Positions 34,716 through 44,364 of a stretch of 50,347 nt of DNA are shown one piece after another. Below the pieces are notes generated by a model. The model did not search any database. It worked only from the letters and a program-made list of their open reading frames with translations, and was not told the DNA's origin. This stretch comes from an uncultured Akkermansia sp. (GTDB lineage: Bacteria > Verrucomicrobiota > Verrucomicrobiia > Verrucomicrobiales > Akkermansiaceae). Made by a program: the position numbers and the translations under genes. Positions within the stretch are counted from its first letter, which is position 1. Every line of letters starts with the position of its first letter. The stretch is from positions 1 through 50,347 of the forward strand of contig CAYJON010000002.1 in assembly GCA_964371795.1 (NCBI GenBank), read 5' to 3'.

Positions 34716-36950
34716 ATGAAGATTACCCATTCTATCCTTCGTGAGCTTTTGCTTAAATGTCTAGCCTTGAGTTCCACTGTGCTAATTGCGCAAGCTGCAG
34801 CAACGATGGAAATTAAACCAGTCGAAGGCATCGCGCCCAATGCATTTGTTTTTGATTATCAGGTATTCGATGAGACTACACAACAGTATGTATCTCGAGA
34901 TTACTATTATGATTTCTCTGGCGATTTTGGAGAAGCATCGGCTGCAGCAGCGGGCACTTTTTACTACGATTGGCAATTAAAGGATGGGTTGTACAGTCTC
35001 TCCGAAAGTGATGCAGAGTTAGACCCAGAGATGTACTTTCGCACAACTAATAACGTTCGCGTAAGTCTTACATCGGCTTCTGGAACTACATCTTCTTCTA
35101 ATTATAATCTATACAAGGCTAATCATACAGGAAATGAATATGGGGGTGCTTTTTTTTTAAATGGCGGGACTGTAGGCAATGTTCACGGTCATTTCTTTAA
35201 TAATGCATGTACTGGAAGGGGAGGCGCGTTATATTTTGAATATAATTCTACAGCGAATATTGTCTCAGGCATTTTTGCAGGCAATACTAGTAGCCCAGGC
35301 AGCGGGGGTGCTGTTTACTTGTGTTATGATTCATCCCTTCAGACTATCGAGGGCGTCTTTGCTGGTAATAATGCAGGTGACTGGGGTGGAGCCGTGCAGC
35401 TTACCATCAATTGTTCAATCCAAACTATTACTGATAGTACGTTTATTGGGAACTCCGCTGGAAACAATGGCGGTGCGATAGGCATTTATAGCGGAAGCTC
35501 AATAGGCAGCATTGATGCGAATTTTTATGCTAACAAAACCATTAATGGGCGAGGTGGGGCTATAGCTCTTGATAGTACTTCTACAATTACAGGTACTATC
35601 ACGGGTTCATTTAACTCCAACTCGGCAGGAAGTTCGGGAGGGGCTATATCTCTTTGGTCGAACTCAATTGATTCAATCAAAGCCGATTTTATAGGAAATA
35701 AGGCAAATGCTCATGGTGGTGCTATCCATTCAGTTGGTTCCGGTGCTTCCATTGAGGGTATCGTTGGTAATTTTACTAATAATAGCAGCGGAGAGCACGG
35801 TGGCGCTATCATGAATGATGCGGGTACTTATTCTAGCATTACAGGTAACTTTATTGGAAATAAGTCAGGATCAAACGGTGGTGCAATCTACAATGGGAAT
35901 AGTGGTACCATTAACCTCGTAGCGAGTGCTACAGGTATACTCTTCTCTGAAAATCGCTCCACGCGCGATGCAACAAATGATGATACCATTTTCAACGATG
36001 ACGCGACTATTAATTTTAATGCAGGAGCTGGCGATATCATTGTGAATGGCTCTATTGCTGCAGCTGATGGTACGGCACATCGTGGTAATCTCAATGTAAC
36101 AGCTGGTAATGTGGCGTTCAATAGCCAAGTACACAATCAAAACATCGTTGTTAGTGCTGGTGAATTGTCCCTAGGCAGCTATAGCAACGCAGCGGGTGCA
36201 TCCCGTGCGCAGCTCTCCTCCTCATCCCTTGCTGTTAATTCTACCGCTGTTCTGACTGTTGATAATGCAAGTTCACTTGGGACTGGTAATACCATATCAG
36301 CTAACGGTAGCGCAGAAGTTCACTTGGCTGCGGGTACTCTCTCTAATGACATCACCTTGGGGGATACATCGCGCCTCATGGTAGCAGCTAGTGTCACTCT
36401 CAATAGCCAGTTGCAATTTAGCAATTCTGCTATGATAGCGGATGCAAATGGCAATTTGGGGCAGCTCAATGCCGTTACCATTGGTGCCAGTGCCTCCATC
36501 ACTGGTGAGTCAGTGGCACTCACGAACAGTGCAATCAACTTTAACGATCCTGGTCCTGCTAGCAATATTGTAGTGAATGAAGAAAACCTCAATATCTACA
36601 GTATCACAACGGCAATAGACATCAGCTCCATCGCCGGAACACTGGTTCTTAATGTTGACATAGCCGATACGGTTAGCTTCTTAGCGGACTATTTTTATGG
36701 CGGACCTCCAGAGCTAGCCTTTCTCCTCAATGATATGAATGGGCTTTCCACCAGCATCTTTGGCGATGGCTATGACTACAGCACAGGCGTGAGCTTTAAC
36801 TTCAACGGCATCATAGGAAGCGTGACAGCTGCGCAGGATTATAACGGTGGGATACTCTTCACCGTCAGCATACCAGAGCCCAGTACAGCGACACTAAGCC
36901 TGCTAGCATTGACTGCTCTCCTCATGCGCCGCCGCCGCAAGAGCGCATAG
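34716..36950 (+). CDS. PEP-CTERM surface protein with Pmp-like GGA(I)/FxxN repeats, copy 1 (744 aa)
   Basis: Signal peptide; 10 GGA motifs alternating with FxxN; IPEPSTATLSLLALTALLMRRRRKSA. Confidence 0.93.
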   Translation: MKITHSILRELLLKCLALSSTVLIAQAAATMEIKPVEGIAPNAFVFDYQVFDETTQQYVSRDYYYDFSGDFGEASAAAAGTFYYDWQLKDGLYSLSESDAELDPEMYFRTTNNVRVSLTSASGTTSSSNYNLYKANHTGNEYGGAFFLNGGTVGNVHGHFFNNACTGRGGALYFEYNSTANIVSGIFAGNTSSPGSGGAVYLCYDSSLQTIEGVFAGNNAGDWGGAVQLTINCSIQTITDSTFIGNSAGNNGGAIGIYSGSSIGSIDANFYANKTINGRGGAIALDSTSTITGTITGSFNSNSAGSSGGAISLWSNSIDSIKADFIGNKANAHGGAIHSVGSGASIEGIVGNFTNNSSGEHGGAIMNDAGTYSSITGNFIGNKSGSNGGAIYNGNSGTINLVASATGILFSENRSTRDATNDDTIFNDDATINFNAGAGDIIVNGSIAAADGTAHRGNLNVTAGNVAFNSQVHNQNIVVSAGELSLGSYSNAAGASRAQLSSSSLAVNSTAVLTVDNASSLGTGNTISANGSAEVHLAAGTLSNDITLGDTSRLMVAASVTLNSQLQFSNSAMIADANGNLGQLNAVTIGASASITGESVALTNSAINFNDPGPASNIVVNEENLNIYSITTAIDISSIAGTLVLNVDIADTVSFLADYFYGGPPELAFLLNDMNGLSTSIFGDGYDYSTGVSFNFNGIIGSVTAAQDYNGGILFTVSIPEPSTATLSLLALTALLMRRRRKSA

Positions 36951-37009
36951 TAATCAAAAGGGATAGAGTTTATGATTGTTATATGCCTGATAGTATTTAT
37001 AAATTGCTG

Positions 37010-37038
37010 TTGACAAAAGCCAGAGTGTAGAGTACGCT
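37010..37038 (+). promoter_or_regulatory. Promoter of PEP-CTERM copy 2
   Basis: TTGACA-17 bp-TACGCT. Confidence 0.6.
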
Positions 37039-37066
37039 TCTGCACCCCAAAAATGAATTTCTTTCG

Positions 37067-39301
37067 ATGAAGATTACCCATTCTATCCTTCGTGAGCTTT
37101 TGCTTAAATGTCTAGCCTTGAGTTCCACTGTGCTAATTGCGCAAGCTGCAGCAACGATGGAAATTAAACCAGTCGAAGGCATCGCGCCCAATGCATTTGT
37201 TTTTGATTATCAGGTATTCGATGAGACTACACAACAGTATGTATCTCGAGATTACTATTATGATTTCTCTGGCGATTTTGGAGAAGCATCGGCTGCAGCA
37301 GCGGGCACTTTTTACTACGATTGGCAATTAAAGGATGGGTTGTACAGTCTCTCCGAAAGTGATGCAGAGTTAGACCCAGAGATGTACTTTCGCACAACTA
37401 ATAACGTTCGCGTAAGTCTTACATCGGCTTCTGGAACTACATCTTCTTCTAATTATAATCTATACAAGGCTAATCATACAGGAAATGAATATGGGGGTGC
37501 TTTTTTTTTAAATGGCGGGACTGTAGGCAATGTTCACGGTCATTTCTTTAATAATGCATGTACTGGAAGGGGAGGCGCGTTATATTTTGAATATAATTCT
37601 ACAGCGAATATTGTCTCAGGCATTTTTGCAGGCAATACTAGTAGCCCAGGCAGCGGGGGTGCTGTTTACTTGTGTTATGATTCATCCCTTCAGACTATCG
37701 AGGGCGTCTTTGCTGGTAATAATGCAGGTGACTGGGGTGGAGCCGTGCAGCTTACCATCAATTGTTCAATCCAAACTATTACTGATAGTACGTTTATTGG
37801 GAACTCCGCTGGAAACAATGGCGGTGCGATAGGCATTTATAGCGGAAGCTCAATAGGCAGCATTGATGCGAATTTTTATGCTAACAAAACCATTAATGGG
37901 CGAGGTGGGGCTATAGCTCTTGATAGTACTTCTACAATTACAGGTACTATCACGGGTTCATTTAACTCCAACTCGGCAGGAAGTTCGGGAGGGGCTATAT
38001 CTCTTTGGTCGAACTCAATTGATTCAATCAAAGCCGATTTTATAGGAAATAAGGCAAATGCTCATGGTGGTGCTATCCATTCAGTTGGTTCCGGTGCTTC
38101 CATTGAGGGTATCGTTGGTAATTTTACTAATAATAGCAGCGGAGAGCACGGTGGCGCTATCATGAATGATGCGGGTACTTATTCTAGCATTACAGGTAAC
38201 TTTATTGGAAATAAGTCAGGATCAAACGGTGGTGCAATCTACAATGGGAATAGTGGTACCATTAACCTCGTAGCGAGTGCTACAGGTATACTCTTCTCTG
38301 AAAATCGCTCCACGCGCGATGCAACAAATGATGATACCATTTTCAACGATGACGCGACTATTAATTTTAATGCAGGAGCTGGCGATATCATTGTGAATGG
38401 CTCTATTGCTGCAGCTGATGGTACGGCACATCGTGGTAATCTCAATGTAACAGCTGGTAATGTGGCGTTCAATAGCCAAGTACACAATCAAAACATCGTT
38501 GTTAGTGCTGGTGAATTGTCCCTAGGCAGCTATAGCAACGCAGCGGGTGCATCCCGTGCGCAGCTCTCCTCCTCATCCCTTGCTGTTAATTCTACCGCTG
38601 TTCTGACTGTTGATAATGCAAGTTCACTTGGGACTGGTAATACCATATCAGCTAACGGTAGCGCAGAAGTTCACTTGGCTGCGGGTACTCTCTCTAATGA
38701 CATCACCTTGGGGGATACATCGCGCCTCATGGTAGCAGCTAGTGTCACTCTCAATAGCCAGTTGCAATTTAGCAATTCTGCTATGATAGCGGATGCAAAT
38801 GGCAATTTGGGGCAGCTCAATGCCGTTACCATTGGTGCCAGTGCCTCCATCACTGGTGAGTCAGTGGCACTCACGAACAGTGCAATCAACTTTAACGATC
38901 CTGGTCCTGCTAGCAATATTGTAGTGAATGAAGAAAACCTCAATATCTACAGTATCACAACGGCAATAGACATCAGCTCCATCGCCGGAACACTGGTTCT
39001 TAATGTTGACATAGCCGATACGGTTAGCTTCTTAGCGGACTATTTTTATGGCGGACCTCCAGAGCTAGCCTTTCTCCTCAATGATATGAATGGGCTTTCC
39101 ACCAGCATCTTTGGCGATGGCTATGACTACAGCACAGGCGTGAGCTTTAACTTCAACGGCATCATAGGAAGCGTGACAGCTGCGCAGGATTATAACGGTG
39201 GGATACTCTTCACCGTCAGCATACCAGAGCCCAGTACAGCGACACTAAGCCTGCTAGCATTGACTGCTCTCCTCATGCGCCGCCGCCGCAAGAGAGCATA
39301 A
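37067..39301 (+). CDS. PEP-CTERM surface protein with Pmp-like repeats, copy 2 (744 aa)
   Basis: Same as copy 1 except the penultimate residue (KRA vs KSA). Confidence 0.93.
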   Translation: MKITHSILRELLLKCLALSSTVLIAQAAATMEIKPVEGIAPNAFVFDYQVFDETTQQYVSRDYYYDFSGDFGEASAAAAGTFYYDWQLKDGLYSLSESDAELDPEMYFRTTNNVRVSLTSASGTTSSSNYNLYKANHTGNEYGGAFFLNGGTVGNVHGHFFNNACTGRGGALYFEYNSTANIVSGIFAGNTSSPGSGGAVYLCYDSSLQTIEGVFAGNNAGDWGGAVQLTINCSIQTITDSTFIGNSAGNNGGAIGIYSGSSIGSIDANFYANKTINGRGGAIALDSTSTITGTITGSFNSNSAGSSGGAISLWSNSIDSIKADFIGNKANAHGGAIHSVGSGASIEGIVGNFTNNSSGEHGGAIMNDAGTYSSITGNFIGNKSGSNGGAIYNGNSGTINLVASATGILFSENRSTRDATNDDTIFNDDATINFNAGAGDIIVNGSIAAADGTAHRGNLNVTAGNVAFNSQVHNQNIVVSAGELSLGSYSNAAGASRAQLSSSSLAVNSTAVLTVDNASSLGTGNTISANGSAEVHLAAGTLSNDITLGDTSRLMVAASVTLNSQLQFSNSAMIADANGNLGQLNAVTIGASASITGESVALTNSAINFNDPGPASNIVVNEENLNIYSITTAIDISSIAGTLVLNVDIADTVSFLADYFYGGPPELAFLLNDMNGLSTSIFGDGYDYSTGVSFNFNGIIGSVTAAQDYNGGILFTVSIPEPSTATLSLLALTALLMRRRRKRA

Positions 39302-39336
39302 AGACTAGCTTTCATCAAACTTCACAATACGACAAA

Positions 39337-39373
39337 GAATCAGGGCATCTCTATCACGGAGATGCCCTGATTC
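39337..39373 (+). terminator. Hairpin terminator after copy 2
   Basis: 15-bp stem GAATCAGGGCATCTC / GAGATGCCCTGATTC followed by ATTGTTT. Confidence 0.8.
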
Positions 39374-39400
39374 ATTGTTTGAGACGAGAAAGAGAGACAG

Positions 39401-39434
39401 AAAAAGAGGGAGGCTGTAGCTAGCCTCCCTCTTT
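39401..39434 (-). terminator. secY terminator
   Basis: AAAGAGGGAGGCT / AGCCTCCCTCTTT stem with an A5 tract. Confidence 0.85.
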
Positions 39435-39456
39435 GGTAAATGATTTGTCCGCTATA

Positions 39457-40944
39457 TTAACCGTAGATGACGATTGCGCCTATCATGATGAGCAGGGCAA
39501 TGGCAATCCAGATGAAGACAACCATGCGGCTGGATGCGGGCTGTCCTGTGCCTTGGAGGTGGCTGTACTTGCCACGGATCTTGCCCTTCTTCATGAAGCC
39601 ATCATAGTGCTTTTGCAGGAGGGTGGTCTCAATCTGACGCATCATGTCGAGCAAGACGCCAACAAGAATGAGCAGAGATGTGCCACCGAAGAACTGTGCG
39701 ACAAATTGGTCAATGCCTACAGAGAGCGTGAGCAGGTTGGGGATGAAGAATATGAGGGTGAGGAAGAGTGAGCCCGCAGTGGTCAGACGTGTCATGGTCT
39801 GGTCGAGGTAGAGCGCGGTGGGCGCACCAGGGCGTATACCAGGGATATAGCCACCGTTACGCTTAATATCTTCTGCAATCTGCTGGGGACGGAACATCGT
39901 TGCAACCCAGAAGTAGGAGAAGAAGAAGATGAGGAAACCAGAGATGAGGTAGTACCAAATCGCGTTGGGGGAAAGGAGAATGCCAACTGTGGAGGTCACC
40001 CATGTGACGTCAGCGAACATTTGCTGCACCAGCAGGTGGGGCAGGGCAAGGATGGCTGTTGCAAAGATAACGGGCATCACGCCAGAGTAGTTCAACTTCA
40101 AAGGAAGGTACTGTGTACCGCCCTGTGCCATCTTGCCGTGGCCGACAACGCGCTTGGCGTATTGGACAGGTATGCGGCGTTGTGCCTGTGTGATGGTGAT
40201 GATGAGGGCAATGATGATAACCATGAAGAGCACAAGGGCAACCATGCCTAATGCACCGAGGGGGTTAAAGACGCCGTCTTTCATGATGAAGCTCTTCCAA
40301 GCAACTGAAAGCGCACCAGGGAGGGCGTGAATGATGTTGACGGAGATGATGAGGGAGATACCGTTACCGATACCGCGCTCTGTAATCTGGTCACCTATCC
40401 ACATCAGGAAGAGGGTGGAGGTAACAATGATGAAAATGGTGGAGATGGTGAAGAATGCACCGGGATACATCACAATGTCACCCAGACCAGTTAGCTGTAG
40501 GGTAGCACCGGGGTTGCGCAAGCTCACGGTGAGGAAGTAGGCCTGTACAATGGCAATGACAATGGCGATGAGTCGCGTGTAGAGCGTGACCTTTTGGCGA
40601 CCACCTTCTTCCTGCATCATCTTGCTCCATGCAGGGATAACTGCGCCGAGCAGCTGGGTCATAATGGATGCCGAGATGTAGGGCATGATACCCAAGGCAA
40701 AAATACCCATCTGTTGGATACCGCCACCAGAGAAGATGTTAAGGATAGTACCAAAACCGCCGAGGGGGTTTTCGGAGCTACCGCTTTCTCTCTGTGTCGC
40801 AAGCCAATCGGTGACGGCCTGCATGTCAACGCCAGGGAGAGGGATGTATACACCCAGTCGCACGATGACAATGATGGCTAGGGTGAAAAGAATACGACTC
40901 CTGAGATCAGGAACTTTCATACAGTTTGCAAAGGCGGAGATCAT
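39457..40944 (-). CDS. secY: Preprotein translocase subunit SecY, with an extra C-terminal hydrophobic helix
   Basis: FALGIMPYISASI, GIGNGISLII, YIPGIRPG, FGGTSLLILVGV. Confidence 0.98.
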   Translation of the reverse strand: MISAFANCMKVPDLRSRILFTLAIIVIVRLGVYIPLPGVDMQAVTDWLATQRESGSSENPLGGFGTILNIFSGGGIQQMGIFALGIMPYISASIMTQLLGAVIPAWSKMMQEEGGRQKVTLYTRLIAIVIAIVQAYFLTVSLRNPGATLQLTGLGDIVMYPGAFFTISTIFIIVTSTLFLMWIGDQITERGIGNGISLIISVNIIHALPGALSVAWKSFIMKDGVFNPLGALGMVALVLFMVIIIALIITITQAQRRIPVQYAKRVVGHGKMAQGGTQYLPLKLNYSGVMPVIFATAILALPHLLVQQMFADVTWVTSTVGILLSPNAIWYYLISGFLIFFFSYFWVATMFRPQQIAEDIKRNGGYIPGIRPGAPTALYLDQTMTRLTTAGSLFLTLIFFIPNLLTLSVGIDQFVAQFFGGTSLLILVGVLLDMMRQIETTLLQKHYDGFMKKGKIRGKYSHLQGTGQPASSRMVVFIWIAIALLIMIGAIVIYG

Positions 40945-41166
40945 ATTGGTGTCCAGTGTGTGATTGGCGTGTTATGTGTTGTGTTAAAAGATTTTCTTTT
41001 GGGGAAAAGGGGCTGTGCTTGGGAGCACGGAGTTTTTGAAGGATGTGTGTTTCTTCAGTAGTTGGGTAGGGGCGGGGGCAAAAGAGGTCTTGTTACCTCT
41101 GCGCAGATGCCAGACAGCGAGTTGTTGCTGTCTGGCTTCTGCTGTAGATAGGCTTTTTGGGTAGGT

Positions 41167-41628
41167 TTAGGCCTTGGCGCTCAGTACGATGAGTGAGCCG
41201 CCAGCTGCTTCTACCTTGGCTGCGACGCTCGCGCTAGCAAAGTCAACAGTGATGTTGAGTGCCTTGGAGAGGTTGCCATTGCCGAGAAGCTTCACTGCGT
41301 CGCAGTCGCCCTTTACAAGGCCAGCTGCGCGGAGTTCGTTCTCTGTCACGTTCTCACCAGCTGCAAAGAATGCTTCGAGCTGATTGAGGTTGACGATGGC
41401 GATGGTGTCGCGGAAGCGTGTGTTGTTGAAGCCCTTCTTGGGAAGACGGCGATGCAGGGGCATCTGACCACCTTCGAATCCAGGACGGATAGAGCCGCCG
41501 GAGCGAGCCTTTTGACCCTTGTGACCCTTACCGCAAGTTTTGCCGAGACCGGAGCTTTCGCCGCAGCCGAGACGCTTTTTGCGGTGCTTGGCACCAGGAT
41601 TGGGCTTGAGATTGTCTAATGTTAACAT
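41167..41628 (-). CDS. rplO: 50S ribosomal protein L15
   Basis: GKGHKGQKARSG, FEGGQMPLHRRLPK. Confidence 0.98.
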   Translation of the reverse strand: MLTLDNLKPNPGAKHRKKRLGCGESSGLGKTCGKGHKGQKARSGGSIRPGFEGGQMPLHRRLPKKGFNNTRFRDTIAIVNLNQLEAFFAAGENVTENELRAAGLVKGDCDAVKLLGNGNLSKALNITVDFASASVAAKVEAAGGSLIVLSAKA

Positions 41629-41665
41629 AATGTTATTTTTCTATTAGATGGGGGGTTGAATCCGA

Positions 41666-42325
41666 TTAGATGGAGGAGTCCTTCTTCTTCTTGCCACGTG
41701 CGGAGAGAACCTGATCGGCTGTGCGCATAGTGAGCATGGCCTTCATGGTTGCCTTAACAACGTTAGCGTGGTTAGCAGAGCCAAGGGACTTGGCGATGAC
41801 GTTGTGTACGCCTGCTGCTTCGAGGACGGCACGTACGGTGTTACCAGCGATGAGACCGGTACCGGGTGCTGCGGGCTTGAGGATGATTTTACCACCGCCG
41901 AATTCGGAGTAGATTTCGTGGGGGATGGTGCCGTCAACGACGACTACCTTCTTCATACCCTTCTTGGCTGCTTCAGTTGCCTTGCGGATTGCGTCGGAAA
42001 CTTCGTTTGCCTTGCCGAAGCCAAATCCTACCTTGCCCTTCTGGTCACCTACGACCATGAGTGCGGAGAAGGAGAAGCGACGACCACCCTTTACGACCTT
42101 GGCGCATCGGTTGACGTAGACAACTTTTTCCATGAGTTGAGGACCTTCCTCAACAGGAGCTTCGTTGCGACGGCCACCTTCACGACGGGGACCACGAGGG
42201 CCGCGACCACCACCTTGAGGGCGATTGCCACGAGGACCACGTTGGTTGTATCCAGTTGCTGCAGGAGTTGCTGGTGTAGCAGGAGTTGCTTTTTGCTCGG
42301 GAGCTTTTGTTTCTTCTGTGCTCAT
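41666..42325 (-). CDS. rpsE: 30S ribosomal protein S5
   Basis: [29 protein letters not shown]. Confidence 0.98.
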   Translation of the reverse strand: MSTEETKAPEQKATPATPATPAATGYNQRGPRGNRPQGGGRGPRGPRREGGRRNEAPVEEGPQLMEKVVYVNRCAKVVKGGRRFSFSALMVVGDQKGKVGFGFGKANEVSDAIRKATEAAKKGMKKVVVVDGTIPHEIYSEFGGGKIILKPAAPGTGLIAGNTVRAVLEAAGVHNVIAKSLGSANHANVVKATMKAMLTMRTADQVLSARGKKKKDSSI

Positions 42326-42346
42326 TTTGATAATAAGGGTTTGAGA

Positions 42347-42697
42347 TTAGAACTTAAGTCCAGCTTCGCGAGCAGCGTCTGCAAGAGACTTTACCTTGCC
42401 GGTGTAGACGAAGCCACCACGGTCAAATACAACTTCAGTGATTCCAGCAGCTACGGCGCGTTCAGCGATAAGGGTACCTACCTTGGCGGCAGTTTCCTTG
42501 TTAGCCTTCTTGGCGTCGATGTGCTTTGTGCAGGCGGAGCAAAGAGTAACACCCTTGGTGTCATCAATGACCTGTGCATAAACATGCTGATTGGAGAAAT
42601 TAACGGCGAGACGTGGACGTTCAGCTGTTCCAGAAATCTTCTTGCGAATGCGGAAACGAACGCGGCTACGGACGGCTTTACGATTGAGTGTGCTCAT
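42347..42697 (-). CDS. rplR: 50S ribosomal protein L18
   Basis: [24 protein letters not shown]. Confidence 0.98.
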   Translation of the reverse strand: MSTLNRKAVRSRVRFRIRKKISGTAERPRLAVNFSNQHVYAQVIDDTKGVTLCSACTKHIDAKKANKETAAKVGTLIAERAVAAGITEVVFDRGGFVYTGKVKSLADAAREAGLKF

Positions 42698-42727
42698 ATT
42701 CTTGTTAAATGTGTCAAGGGTTTACGA

Positions 42728-43267
42728 TTACTTACCAACGCTCTTACCTTCCTTACGACGTACATGTTCACCAACGTAGCGAACACCTTTGCCCTTGTAA
42801 GGTTCGGGTGGGTAGTAGCCACGTACTTCTGCGGCGAACTGTCCGACAACTTGCTTGTCAATACCTTCTACCTTCACCTTCGTGTTGTCGGTGACAGTTA
42901 CTGTCAGACCGGCTGGGATGGGGTGGAGGATGGGGTGAGACTTACCTAGGGCGAGGTCAAGTGCCTGTCCTTTGACGGCGGCCTTGAAACCAACACCAAT
43001 AATTTCAAGCTCTTTGACGAAGCCCTTGGACACACCTTCAATCATGTTAGCGATGAGTGAGCGGTTTGTACCGTGGAGGGCACGGAGCTTGCGTGTTTCG
43101 TCAGCGCGTGTAAGCGTAGCTTCTGCGCCTTCGATGTTCAGAGTGAGACCTGCGGGCATTGTCCAGCTGAGCTCGCCTTTGCCACCTTTAACGGTGACGG
43201 CGTTGTCTGCAACTGATACAGTGACGTCTGCTGGGATTGTGATAATTTTTTTACCAACTCGTGACAT
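42728..43267 (-). CDS. rplF: 50S ribosomal protein L6
   Basis: MSRVGKK, PEPYKGKGVRY. Confidence 0.98.
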   Translation of the reverse strand: MSRVGKKIITIPADVTVSVADNAVTVKGGKGELSWTMPAGLTLNIEGAEATLTRADETRKLRALHGTNRSLIANMIEGVSKGFVKELEIIGVGFKAAVKGQALDLALGKSHPILHPIPAGLTVTVTDNTKVKVEGIDKQVVGQFAAEVRGYYPPEPYKGKGVRYVGEHVRRKEGKSVGK

Positions 43268-43300
43268 AGTATAATTTCTATCTTGTGAGGGGTTAATGGA

Positions 43301-43702
43301 TTACCAAACCAGAGCGATGAGTTCTCCGCCGATTTGAGCCTTACGTGCCTTTGCGCCTGTCATGATACCGTGTGAGGTGGAGACAATGGAAATACCGAGA
43401 CCGTTCAATACGGTTGGGATTTCTTCGCTGGTTACGTATTGACGGCGTCCGGGCTTGGAGCAACGCTTGACGTTTGTGATGATGGACTTACCTTCCTTCG
43501 TGAACTTGCTCTTCACGGTGATGGTCTTTTCTTTTCCTTCGCCTGATACTTCAAAGCTCCAGATATAACCTTCTTCTTGGAGGATGCGGGCGATTTCTGC
43601 CTTTATCTTGGAGAAGGGAGCGGTGAAGATTTCATTGCGTGCGATACCTGCGTTCTTGACGCGGGTGAGGAAATCTGCGATGGGGTCACTTAATACAGCC
43701 AT
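43301..43702 (-). CDS. rpsH: 30S ribosomal protein S8
   Basis: DPIADFLTRVKNA, SKPGRRQY, GGELIALVW. Confidence 0.98.
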   Translation of the reverse strand: MAVLSDPIADFLTRVKNAGIARNEIFTAPFSKIKAEIARILQEEGYIWSFEVSGEGKEKTITVKSKFTKEGKSIITNVKRCSKPGRRQYVTSEEIPTVLNGLGISIVSTSHGIMTGAKARKAQIGGELIALVW

Positions 43703-43716
43703 GGTAGTAATGTGGG

Positions 43717-44289
43717 TTATGCGTTTTCTTCATTTTTCTTTGTTGGCTTACGGAAGGGGATACCCAGTTCTGTAAGCAGGCTACGACCTTCTTCGTCAGT
43801 GGGTGCACTGGTGATGAAGAGGATGTCAAAGCCGATATTACGCTTGATTTGATCCAGCTCAATTTCAGGGAAAATGGACTGGTCAGATATACCGATGGCG
43901 TAGTTACCGCGTCCGTCAAAGGACTTTTGGGACAGGCCGCGGAAGTCGCGGATGTTGGGGGCGGTAATGTTGATAAAGCGGTCGAGGAACTCCCACATCT
44001 GCGCGGAACGCAGTGTGACGCGTGCGCCGAGGACTTCGCCCTCACGCAGCTTGAAGTTTGCAACGCTCTTGCGGGCGTAGGTCATCGCTGGCTTTTGGCC
44101 AGTGATTTTGCCGATTTCTGCGACAGCGTCCTCGACTGCTTGCTTGCGGTCGGGATGCTTGCCCATACATGTGGTCACCACGATTTTCTCGAGACGAGGA
44201 ATCTGGTGCACATTCTTGTACTGGTGTTTTTCCTGGAGGGCAGGTACTACCTTCTCCTGGTATAACTTTAGCATGCTTGGTGTGCTCAT
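43717..44289 (-). CDS. rplE: 50S ribosomal protein L5
   Basis: IPRLEKIVV, ITGQKP, RDFRG, FDGRGNY. Confidence 0.98.
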   Translation of the reverse strand: MSTPSMLKLYQEKVVPALQEKHQYKNVHQIPRLEKIVVTTCMGKHPDRKQAVEDAVAEIGKITGQKPAMTYARKSVANFKLREGEVLGARVTLRSAQMWEFLDRFINITAPNIRDFRGLSQKSFDGRGNYAIGISDQSIFPEIELDQIKRNIGFDILFITSAPTDEEGRSLLTELGIPFRKPTKKNEENA

Positions 44290-44364
44290 ATTGTATTATT
44301 AGCGGGTCAGCTCGTTAGTTGTTAATGGTTGATGGCTTAAGCGCGGAACCAAAACCTTTCGGTC

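Larger units (their letters stand above)
34693..39294 (+). repeat. Tandem direct repeat of about 2251 bp (34693-36943 and 37044-39294)
   Basis: Constant offset of 2351 bp; no mismatch seen by eye; internal shadow ORFs translate identically. Confidence 0.97.

Noticed and set aside
34693..39294. Repeat as a transposon, composite element or diversity-generating retroelement TR/VR pair
   Set aside because: No transposase, terminal IRs or reverse transcriptase, and no adenine-specific mismatches between the copies
41768..42949. 393-aa plus-strand ORF
   Set aside because: Antisense shadow of rpsE/rplR/rplF; no recognisable motifs
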